In this document: positions 1-12,856 of the stretch, in pieces | Position numbering within the stretch: position 1 is the stretch's first letter | Layout of the letters: every line of letters begins with the position of its first letter | NCBI GenBank assembly: GCA_964247055.1 | Contig: OZ176050.1 | Coordinates: 10,478,001 to 10,542,000 of the forward strand | Length of the DNA stretch: 64,000 nucleotides | Origin: Paragordius varius | Lineage: Eukaryota; Animalia; Nematomorpha | Direction of reading: 5' to 3' | The notes under the pieces: model-generated | Database searches by the model: none | Told to the model about the DNA's origin: nothing | Seen by the model: the letters and a program-made list of their open reading frames with translations, nothing else | Program-made: the position numbers and the translations under genes

Positions 1-74
1 TAAATTATAGTAGTTATTAAAAATATCCAATTAAACGAAAAATAATATAAAAAAACTAGATATTTTTATGATAC

Positions 75-3000
75 CGATTATTTTTGACAATGTATTCGAA
101 AGGGCGCAAAAAATCTTTCTGAAATCGAAAATTGGCTAGTTCCCCCTTCTCCAAAAATTTGGTGGACAACTGTCTAAGCGAATCTAAAGCAAAAAAAGCC
201 ACGCTTTCGTTGTCATGACAACCAACCTAACAATTAACATTATATAAAATAATTAAAAACCTTTTTAAAGTTACATAAAAGTTGTCATAAAAACTACACA
301 CAAGTCTTTTTATAATAATTTTGAAAAAAACTTTCAAAAGTTACATAAAAAACAGTCTTGAAGATAAAATACCTCATTGAAATGCGGTCCCATTATATCC
401 CATATTTTACTCCATTGCAATCGAATACGGGCCATATTATAGTAAGAGATCTCTACCAACTTTTGCAAGCTAAACATGCGTCCTCGTAACCAGGCATGAT
501 CAATAATATCGCTGCTCCCAATATCACTTGAAAAGGCGTGTGACTCTATTAATTAAGTTTTTATTACAAAATATTATATATATGCAACAATATTTTAGAT
601 TTTAAACATAAAACTGTATACTATTTATTTTAACAATTTTCGCTAGTTCATTGCCAGACACCCGGAAAGACTTATTGAAAAAATAAATTTTACTTGTTCA
701 TAAAATTTTGTATTTGATTTCTCGCAGGTTGAGAATAATTTTAAAGGGCAGGGTGTTGAACACAACTGGTCTACTCCTTAAATTTTTACATAATTTATAA
801 CGTTAAACTCATTTCCAAATGCTTCAAGAAACACTAACAATATAAATATAAAACGGGCTTTTTTTTATTTTTCATTTTGAGTAATGCGGTATTGATAACT
901 GAATCTGTTAATTCGGAGCAGCTTTGAATAGGCGTCGACGTGGCCAATAAAATTCCTAGATCACACTATGAAAATGTATGATAAGTAATTCTTTCAAAAA
1001 TCTTGCCCAAATTGCATTTAAACGAATAGCAATGCGGCTTCCAGCCAAACAAAAGTACAATAGATGTCATATTCACGTTAAAACAATTCAAAGCGCATAT
1101 ATTATAAAAGCTTCTTTATACTCCGCGTATACCGATAAATGAATCTGATCGTTTCAACGATGATTCCATACCACTACTTGAGTATTGTTGATCATTTCGT
1201 TTCCAAAATTTCATACCAACAGCCGTAGAATTTATATTCTGGTTTTGTCCGACCTAAATAAAATACATCATTATTCAGTAAACCCGTATAATCAAGTAAC
1301 ATAAGATGTTAGCACAAAAAATATATGAACAATATGGTTTAAACCAGAGTTGTCCAACACAAATGGCTTCGCGGGTCGCATTAGCAGGCCGCATTCGAAA
1401 TTTATATAGGAATTCATAAATAATTTATTAAATTTCAAACATGAGACTATAAAAAGCAAAGGAATATAACAATTATTTCTTATTCTTGCCTATTCGATAG
1501 ACTAATTTATAGAAACATCAATTTTACTAAATTTTGTGAGCATGTTTTCGCAAATTGTAGGTTTCCAAATTTTTCGCGGGCACCGTGGAGAAAACCCATC
1601 GTTTTTAGATGCAGATAAATGTTTTAAAAACCATAACTAATAAACTATTTTTAGTTGAATTATCAACTAAAATCGCGCCTTTTCTACACTAATACATTCA
1701 ATTTTTCTAAAAATAGATAATTTAACCCGTATAAATTAATATTAAATAATAACCCGTTGCTTTTGGGCCACTGATTTATAAGATAAAGTTTGTGAATGAT
1801 ACAACGAATCCGTGTGTTGAAAACTAATCCCTCCACCAGATTGCAGTGATGAAAGTGATGTTCGATGTGATAAGGGCGGCATTAGGAATGATAATTCTTC
1901 AGCGCTGACACGGCACAGCGCTCGAACGAAATCACATATAGCTTCTCCATCCAACAAGATGGAACTTGTAAATATTTTATCGATTCGTACCAAGATATTT
2001 TGTCTAGAGCATATGAAAAATTTATTTTATAATTTATGAATATATCTAAAATTTTATTTATACAACATAAACTTGATTTATTTTGCTTTATATTTTATGG
2101 TTATATCTAAATTTTTTATCTACACAACTTGATTTATTTTGCTTTAAATAAATGGAAAAGCATTAACGCCCGGTAAAAATTGCTGAACAAAATATAATTT
2201 TTTAAAAAATATAAGCGTGTTGATTATGAAATGCTACAGTATTGAAACAAAGCTTAATAACATCTTAAAGTCAAAAAATATTATTTGGGAATTTTGTAGA
2301 TGACTTTAATAGTTAACAAATAGCAAAATAATATTTCTATTAAACAAATATATATTTTAAAACTTAATCAATCTACAACGCAAAATTAATTGATATTACC
2401 TAGCAATATTATCGGCATGATCCAAACTTTTTTGCATATCCCGAAATATTATTTGATTATTGCGCATTCCACCTTTTCTAGTTCCTGTTTTATTGTTGTT
2501 ACTTTTTGTAAGGTTTTTCGGTCTGGAAACATGTTTATTGGATAAATTTGATTCTTTTGAAAAGGATGTTTTAGTTTGTGAATTAACGTTTGCGAGTTTA
2601 TTGGATGATGTTGTAACTGAGGATGAAATGTGAGTATCGACTGAAACAACCGAAACTATATATAAGTACAAAGAAATTTTTATGACATCAATGATAAGAT
2701 AAAGAATAACCATTTTAAGTTTTGTTCATAGATCTATGTAGTCGTATACTATATAAATAGAAATGTATTTTAAAAAGATTAGAAAAGCTAAATTCTATGA
2801 TAAAATGTTTTTATTTTTATCAATCTTACTTAAATTAATAAAAACATTGGGAAACAGTAAAAATGAATTAAATTTTCATTCAGAAATGTGGAATTACGCG
2901 TTAGACATTTATTGTTCAATATATACCGTTTCCAAGTCAAAAAACGTTTTCCCAGTCAATAAAAACGGTTTTAATTTTGATGATAAATATCAAAACAGGA

Positions 3001-6000
3001 TATAAAAATAACTTTTAACCATTATCAGCGTAATATTAGGATATTATTTTTAAAAAAACAATTATTCAATGAAATTTTCCAATTATATCCACACAATCAT
3101 TAATTTCCAAATATAAATTATTGCATAACAATTAATTTATTTTTTGACGGGAAAAATATAAACGGGTCGGGTCCTCTTTACAATTATTCACAGCTAAAAC
3201 GATTCGATTGATAGCACAAATGCAAAAAATTACTTACGTTTATTTACATATTTATTTTTTGTTCCATTAATTGTTTATTTTTATTGCAACAAAACACATT
3301 TTTAATTCTGTTGACTGGTCATGTTTCAGGAAGCGATTATACCTCTATCTATTATTCCTAACAAATAAATTACATAAAATTATAAAAAAAATTTGCAAAA
3401 AATTATTTTTAAAAACTCGTATCCAAAAATACCTGTGTCATCGTCATTTGTCAAGCTTAAAACAGTAAAAGCATTTTCACTCGTAATTCCTTCAGGTGAA
3501 TTCTTTTCAAATAAGGGACTATGATCAATATTAGATGCCGATGTATTCATATTTGGATTTTGGTCGGTAAAATCCCCAACATTGTTTAAAGAATTCATTG
3601 CGACATTTGAGAAACTATCATTGGGTGAATTTTCTTCAGAGCCCCCAATAATTTTTGCCAATTCCAAATGTGATATACATTTGAAAAACTAAAATGTATA
3701 TCGGAATAAGATAACATTATAATATAAATTTTTTTGGATAAAAGTTAAGTGTTAATATTTTAATCATAAACTTTGTATATCTCCTTTAACATTAAACTCT
3801 ATCCGCATAAACAGAGTATATGTAGAAAGTTGAATAAAAAAGTTAGTTTAATAAAAATGGATATGATTTTATATATAATAAAAAAACAAAAGTCACAAAA
3901 ACGTAACCAATTACATTTAAAAAAATTTAACCTCAAACCATGAAACACCCAAGTTATTGCCCTCATTCTCTGCTATCGTCATAAAGATGTTGATGGTCAT
4001 GTAACTTTTATTACGAGCCAAGGTAGCTCCAGTTTCAAAAATGTCTACAGAATTATTTTCATTTTTGGTCCCGTGATTATTTGCCGTTGGAATGATTTGA
4101 TAGAAATTGGGAGATTCCGAAAAGTACAAAAGTGTGAAATGAGATAAGGCTTGAATGTAGGCATTGCGTTCAAGCTACGTAAAAAATTGTTAAATCAAAA
4201 AAAAGATTCAAATATATTATTAAAAGAGTTAAAGGGAAAGAATTATATCAAGAAGTTTTGAAAATTTAATGTAGACATTGCGTTCAAGCTAGATAAATCA
4301 AATTATAACAATGATTAAAGCGGAACAAATTCAATAAAATTTTGTCTAATGGTTTTGGATTCCTTTGTTTAAGAATTGATTGCCCACGGCAACCTTGGAA
4401 AAGGTATGCGCAAAAATAGTGTTTTTTATTTTTTAAGACTAAATTGGCATATAATTGTTTTTATTTTGGTATATATATTTTTTTGAATGGCTCCTTTATT
4501 ACTATAAATCATGTAATTAATAAAATTTACCTCTAGCAGAAAGATGCAAGATATAGATATTGCGAATTTCATGCCCTCCAAACAAACTTCAATGATTCCC
4601 AAATCATCGCAATCTTGTAAACACACGGAGTAAGCGGCTAACATTGGTGCCCAAGTTATCTATAATTTTTTAAAAGCTATAAACATCACAGTACTACACT
4701 AATAGTAAACATTTGATTTAAGTTAAAAAATTAAAAATTATTCCGTTTGAGTATTTTGTCATAGGTTTAGTTTCGCCATAGTGGCATACATATGGCCGCG
4801 TAATTAATCTTTTATTTTTTGCCTGATACATATTTTTCATAAACCTTAAATTATTGGTAATTGATCCAAGTATTTGGACATAGTCTGAACCAGGGATGTA
4901 GTAAATGCCTTCGCGTAAAAAACGGGCGGACCGCATTTGAAATATATATGGGCATTCATAAATAATTTTTTAGATTTCAAAAATAAGACTGCAAAATGCA
5001 AACGCAATATAACATTCTTTTTAAGTTCTTCCAATTGGATTAGCTTTTTTAGAGGAAAATTGTTCAAGAAATATTAATTTCGGTAAGAATATGTAAGCAT
5101 ATTTTTCCAAATTAAAAATTTCCTAAATCTTCGCATGGTCTAAACCGTTTGATATTTCTAAGTAATAAATGTGATAGCCCTGGTCATTAAAACTGGTGAT
5201 TAATTTGACTATGCTATGATATCTTCAAATATTTGGGAAATTGTTGGAATTTTTACTGAAACAAACATGTATCATCCAATATAAGATTTTTCTAAGGAGG
5301 CATTACGTGATTCTATGGTAGTGATGACAAAGTTAAACTAGCAATAAGTAATAAACAAAGAATTTTGAAAGTTTTAAATTACATAAATATTGAATCCTAA
5401 TCTATACCAGAATCAATTTAAACAGGTAGATAAGATACTCTAAAAATATGCTCAGATTTTATGATCAAACTCAAAACTATCATGGTATCGGTTTAAAATG
5501 AATACTCTTATCGTATATCATCCGTTTGTGTGTACTACTAGTGCGGTTAGATGAAGGATATTAGAGAAGGTTTTTCTGTACCAATCCCAATTCCTATATA
5601 CCGTCTCAGAAATATCATAGGTTTTATTATCTTTTTATAATTTAATAGTCCATTTTGTTCGCAGTTTTCCATAGGGATTCCATTCTAGTATTGGTGTTGA
5701 CCATAAAGCAATCTACTTTGGAATAGCATCTTCAGTAAATAGGGGTTTTTCCATAAATTAAATTAAGCGGTTGCAGCGTTACTCTTCTTTCTTTCGCTAA
5801 ACACACTATAAATCTTTCCACAGCTTTTATTAACCACTTTCTTGTGGTGTGTATGTATGCGATTCTACTTTTGTTCTTAGAGAAACGTAGGGATTTTTAT
5901 TTGGCTTTTATTGGTGAAACTTAGCTCATCCTTGGTTAAAACGATATCTGATTGCTTTCTCACATTTGCCATCATAGCTAATTTCGTCCCCCAAATATAC

Positions 6001-9000
6001 GAAGTCGTTTATTAATTCTATATTATCATTGTCAAAATGCATCACCGTGAACGACAATTTGTGATTGTATCTTTCTTATACCACTTTCACATTGAATTAT
6101 TAACTTTCCTTAGAGATTGGTAGTGTTTTTATAAATCCAATACTTGCACAGACAACATTGTATCGAATTCATGCCACCATTTTTTTCATACATGTCTTAC
6201 CTTTTAAAAAGGATGCGGATGCATTAAAACTAAATCTGGCACCTGTAAACATTTCGATTCCCATGCCAATAACAAAGGTAAAGTACAACCATCTTTAAAA
6301 AAAATAATGAAGCTTAATAAAGATGTAGGTCTTTCAGAAGTATCGTCAAATCTACTGAAAAATACAAAAGTATGCACCGTACTTGACTAGCTTATTTAAT
6401 AAAGTACTCATGAAACATAATATTCCTGAGGACTAAAACAATGGGATAATTATACCGATATACAAGAATAAAGATGAAATACTGCTCATCCTATGATATA
6501 AAGCATTACAAATCTCGAAAACCCGATAAAATTAAATGAAATCATAATAGAAAAGAGATTGAAATTCGCAAGTTTTGACGATATGCATCTGCATTCGAAC
6601 ATAATAAATCCATCATCAAACCCATATTTATCTTAAGATATATCGTATATAAAAAATGTTTGAATAAATATATTTTCAAACCCTAAACATCGGACGAATG
6701 TGTTCAATGTATGTTGCACTAGTGAATTCGGATACATTTTTCATTGATCTAGATTTCGTGTAATCATTCTCATCTATTAATATGAACACAAAAATGAAGT
6801 TATCATAAAATGTGTTTTGCGTTCAAAAAAACCATGCATTGTCATTAATAAATAATTACCTTTCATATTAAGTTTGTTCTCTGCAATCTGATCATAAATT
6901 TGTGATAAATAGGCTTCAGGGAGATCCTTTTGGTCGCTAGAGCTTTTATTAATTCTTATGTATTCCTCTTTAGTCATTTTCCGTTTAACCTATGTAATAA
7001 AAAGGAATAAAAAGGGATAAATAATTTTGAGAATAGCAAGGTTATTAACACAACTGGCAATAAATAATTTAATGCTAATGACTTACTTGGGGATTGTGCA
7101 AATCTGTAGTTAACATTATTATAGAAAATGCAAGGACGTAAGCCGAATCTGCGGTTTGAAATACACCATTGCTAAAAATTGGAATAAAATGTTAAGTTTA
7201 TGTCGGGAAAAAGCCAAATTTTCTTATTTGGTAAAAATATAGGATTTTCAGAAAAATAGTCAAGATATTATTTTGCCGTTAAAAAAATGCACCTAATTTA
7301 ATAACTTTTTGAAACTGATGTGCAAAGCTAATTTTAAGGAAAAAAAGAAAATAAATTCAACAACAGTTTTTGAACAGGCCCTAATAATTAATAAAAAAGT
7401 ATAATTACAATGTTAAATAATTTTGCAATTATTTTAGCAATTATCCATAAAATTTACCCATAATTAGTTGTTTCAACATAACGAGATGCAAATTTTTGCA
7501 TTAATCGATCAACCTTTTGCGCCTCACCGGGTAATTTAAATTTATCCAAAAAGAATCGGAGAGCCTCAATAAAATCTTTCCCCTTGAAATCCATCAAATC
7601 CACATAGGCATACATGACTTCTTTGTGAAAACTATACAATATCATAAGTACATATTGATAAAAAAACCATTAATTTAAAAACTTTACTATATTAATTAAT
7701 TATATCAATAAATAAACTTTAAAAAATAATATAAATACTCATCATTATCTCCGAGATAATCACCGATAGAGCCTTTATCCAATCGAGATTCGTTGTAGAA
7801 AAAATGAGCGACACTTTCAACTGTCCTATTCACTACACTAGGTACTCGTTCTTGCAAAAATTGTAATCCTTTATCTGGATTCTTTTTGAATCTTAATCAA
7901 ATCAATAATATATGTTTAAAATTTGGATAATATATATGAACGAAAAAAATAAATTATCAAAAAAATTACTAATGATCAATTTATGTACCTTGATTTTTTT
8001 ATTAAAGGTTGTTTAATAAAACTTCCAGAGTCTGGCCAATTATATATAAATGTTAATGCTTTTACTGTGACTGTGGCCACTTTTTAAATAACTATAAATT
8101 TGAACTTCTACTCATACCATATAAAATACATATAAAAAAATGAAATCTAAAATTAAAACATGTGAAAATTTAAAATGTCTGGGCTTAATATTATTGGCAA
8201 ATAAGATAAATAAAAGTTATAAGGTTTGGCATGAATCAGTATTTTAGCTGGGATATCGGTTACCATAGATCAAAATAAAAACTCAACGTTAATAATGCAT
8301 CGATATTTTCAGCCAAATAATTACATTTCTATGCCCTTTTCTATCGTTTCTTTCATTTGTTTTACGTGTTCAAATTTGGTAGGATGGTCATCTGGCAAAT
8401 GATCAAAGGTTGGAGATGTTGTAGTTTTATCAAGGGGAGAACCATCATCAAACGCTTTATTTTCATTGGAATAATCCTCTATTGGTGAGGTTAATCTACG
8501 TGATTCACCACCATAATATTCAGTACTGAGTTGGGCATGCATAGATCTTCGAAAGGGGGCTGCTTGTGTCGTTTTATGTTGCTTAGATTGGTGCTAACAA
8601 AATGAAAATTAAATAAATCGATGCCAAATATGAAAAAATTTAGTTGCTTTCTAAAGCGTTACATTTGGTTTTAAGAAAATAAAAATAATATTTATTAAAC
8701 TCATCCCTTTAATAGAAAGTGTTTGTATTAATAAATTTGCGTTAACAAGGGTGAAAGTTATATTAAAATTACTTATTGTAATACATAAGAGCAGTCATTA
8801 TTTTAGAACTATTTACTCCTATCATAATAACCGTATGATATTTAATCTCCATAACAGTCACACCTAGCATTTATATCCAAATGTATATATATATATATAT
8901 AACCATTTACAGTTCAAGTTCACCCTTGAACAATTCAAATTCACCCTCGAACAATTCAAATTCACCCTTGAACCATTCAAATTCACCTTCGAACAATTCA

Positions 9001-12000
9001 AATTCACCCTAAAAATAAATTATGTGTTTTCGAACTAGTATAATTTATTATTAATATGAAATATATGTTTATGGTATAGTTTATTATTTTTTCAGTATTA
9101 TTTTAATTTAAAACAAAACTTTTATTTTTGAAAAATATATAAAATATAAGTAATTTTTAATCTTAAAAAATATTTTATTTGAGGGTGAATTTGGGTGAAT
9201 TTGAATTCAAGGGTGAATTTGAATTGTTTAAGGGTGAAATTGAACTGTAAATGGTATATATATATATATATATCCAAATGTATTTAAACCTTTATTATTC
9301 CATGTACTTTATCATTTTTGTTGTCATTGTTATATATTTCATCATTCATATCAATATCATTCTTCTTTCCATCACTCGTATTATTATTTAACGAAGATTG
9401 CTCATAAATTGTTTGGGTAGTTTCTGGTTCTTTACACCAAACAGACATGCATTTCCCAATCGATACCATACAATCTAATGCTTTGCGTATGAGAGTTAGG
9501 GTTTGATTAAAAGCATGACGTTTAGTCGGATTTAGTGCAGCAATTTGTAGCGATAAGTTATTCATTGACATACCTATAAATAATTACGTTTCTTAATTTA
9601 TCATATTATATATCCGTCGTTGGCCATTAGATTCAAGATATCTTAAACAACTTTATATCCGTTTTTATATTTCACTCATATTACTTTTGTTATAATCTTC
9701 AGCCGTTTGCATCTATTCAGTCAATCGAAAACAGATGTTATCAAAACTATATTGTATACCAAATAAATTATTTCAACATAACTAAAAATGTTCATATTTT
9801 ACCGTTTGTTAAGTTTTGTTTATTGTTAGCTTGTAAATTAAAATAAAAACGGTGATATTGGGGCCTAAATAAAAAGTATTTCTATAACTAATTACTCCCC
9901 CAATAAAAAAACCAAAAACTAAACCTTGATGATTATGTATATTCCCTTCTAGCAAGGCTAAAAAAGTTGATGTGGTATGCGCCGCCATATTAGTTGCATT
10001 ATTTGTCCCAGAGGAACCAGCTAAAGAAAGGAGGACAGATGTTGAGGAAATTAAATCACGATGAGAACAAACCATTTTGGATAAAACACCGAGTAAGCGA
10101 GCAAACAAATTCGTGGCTCGTAAATCGCAATCGTAATTAACGTATAAATCAACGATATTTTGTGGATCTAGTTTTTATATAATAAAAGTTAGCATGACAA
10201 AATTTAAGTATATATATAAATTACACTTATGAGAAAACTAATAAAACTAATGATTTTTTAAGGAATTTCGGAAAAAACAGCGGTCAAATAGGCCGCCTAA
10301 ACTTAATAATTATCATAAATTAACCTATAACAATATCCCATACAAATGATCATCAATACATAGTACTTATATATTATTTTATATAGAAATTTGGGTAATG
10401 TATTTACTTTCACAAAAAGATTGTAAAGCAGTCAGGACAATGAGTTTGTATGTTTTGGGAAAATCGTTTTCCAATACATTAAGGTAAACTTCGTTGAAAA
10501 AGCGCTAAAATCATAATATATAGTGTTAGATAAAACAATAAGAGAAAAATAATAAAAATATTATAATATTAAAAATGAATTATCAAAAATTAGTAACATA
10601 CCTCAATTTGATGTTTCATGTTTTTCTTAAAATGAATTAATGCGGCACCAAATACTTGGATGGATATTTCAAACAATTTTATATCTTCAAAAATTTCTAC
10701 AAAGCAATATATATTATTGTTTAGTTAAATTATAATTGGTCTTATCAAATATAATATACTATTAAATGTAAATTAAATCTATGGAACGAAAATTCGATAT
10801 AAGTCTAATATAATATAATTTATAAACCTTTGAAACAGACAATAAAGAAATAATGAAAATGAAATATGTTGTGATGGCTTGAAAATACGTCAATATAGTT
10901 TTAAATCTTACGATCCTTATTTAAATATGCTCCTATTGGAGTAAGAATTGGCACTGAAACTTAACACCTTAAAGTAAAAAAAACCTTATTAAGTTTTAAA
11001 AAAGTCAATATAAGAACAAAATACAAATCATAATTCACCGTTTGTGTTAAAGCTAGATAAAGTCAACGTCGTGAGCGGAGATGCAATAGATTTGCTCGGT
11101 AAAATGGAATGCGTAACTTTATGGCTCTGTAGCAGACATGTTAACAAATGATTACAAATGGCATGTTTAAAGACTGGTTCTTCAACGAAGAAAACAGGAC
11201 CACCATTCCTTATAATGTCATAAATAAGTTCAAGGGAAAGAATTTTGGATCTTATCATGTGATTTCTATGCATAGGTGTTTGACTGGTTTGATTGAAACT
11301 GCTTGCTCTAATAGGAGAATTAATGTATATACAAAATAAAAATGGCTTAAAAAATAAGACATTTAATTAATTAAAATTTATTTTTGTCAAACCATTAGTC
11401 AAATTTTTATAGTTTAAAGTCTGGATTAAAATCTGATTTCAGATGTTAAAAATAAGTAAAAAAATAATATTTTTAATTCAATAAAATATTTTTTATCTTT
11501 GTCAAAAAGTAGCCTGGGTGTATAATAACAAATGTATCCTAGCGGAAGATACACCCGAGATTATCGTTTCCTGAAAAAAATATTTTTAGAGCTATATAAA
11601 ACGGTTTTAATTAAACTAAGTCTAAAATTTGCAATTAAAATATAAAAATTATATTAAATTATATAATCTAGGCTTAAAAAAACCATTAAGCAAAAAAAAT
11701 TAACCAACTTTTTCTTGTTAAGGGGATCATCAGATGAATTTTTGTCATGGGGTGATGATACGTTGAATCCATTTAAATTTTTTCCAGCCAATTTGCAGAG
11801 GGCCCTGAAAACTAAGAAAGCATCACGTTTTAACGTGTATGCCTGCTTACAATGATAGAAATGACCTATATTACATGTATAAATTAGTTTAAGATCCCAC
11901 ACGTAAAATGTCAGTTGATGCGATTCCAAGTTAGTTCCTTAGATTTAATAAATATTTTAAATGTGTTATTATCCGATTTGTTTGAGCGTAAACTATTTGG

Positions 12001-12808
12001 AAAAAATATTAAATCAAAATAGTTTATTAATTATCATAAATAGCACTGTCACAATATATATAAAGAATTATGTATTACAAGACAAAAGATGATTTATATT
12101 TATAATAGGTTAAGGAGTCAAATCACATATTGACATATTATTTTTAGGAATAAATTTATATACATATATATATAATAAAACATTTACAAATTCATAAATG
12201 ATATTTTAAATAATGTTATTGGAGTTAAAACACGACATATGATACAAATAAACCTGTTTTATCACTAAAATTAGTGGTTATTGCGGATGGATTTGCAGAA
12301 GATTGAGACGTGGTTTCGGCATTCAAAGCAACTTTATCAGGAAACTCACAATTAACAACTACTCATATATAAATATGTAAAGATTTTGGTAGAATATTTT
12401 ATCACTCTTAATTTCATTTTAAATGATGATATTACTTTTTCACATAAAAAAAATATTAATAAAGAAAGAGTATGATGGCAAAAATGTACCAAAAAATCCA
12501 TAAATTCGTGTATAGAGCTATTCAAGAACTATTTTTTAATTTAAATATTTTATGAAATTAAAATATAAATATACAGTTTTCCTAAGGGTAAGGACTTAAA
12601 TTGTATCCGGACTTGTGAAAGCTTTAACACTCGCCTGCCTACCAGGGCTGACAGTGATGATGGAAAAATTGCGTAGTTTCGGGGTTCGAACTCTGACACG
12701 CAGTGTAAGAGTCCGGCGCCCTACCTACTATACCATCACGCCTAGAAGTGAAATATATACGTTATAAAATATTTTATATGATTTATTTAAAACAAATATT
12801 TGGGTGAA

Positions 12809-12856
<48 letters not shown>

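Noticed and set aside
860-1180. GC-richer stretch in an ARF-GEF intron as an extra exon or hAT fragment
   Set aside because: All frames have stops, the flanking exons (1253-1217 and 545-373) already join in phase, and motif resemblance is too weak.
8910-9015. 21-bp tandem repeats as a CRISPR array
   Set aside because: No unique spacers, eukaryotic intronic context, and the units are mirrored in an inverted arm.
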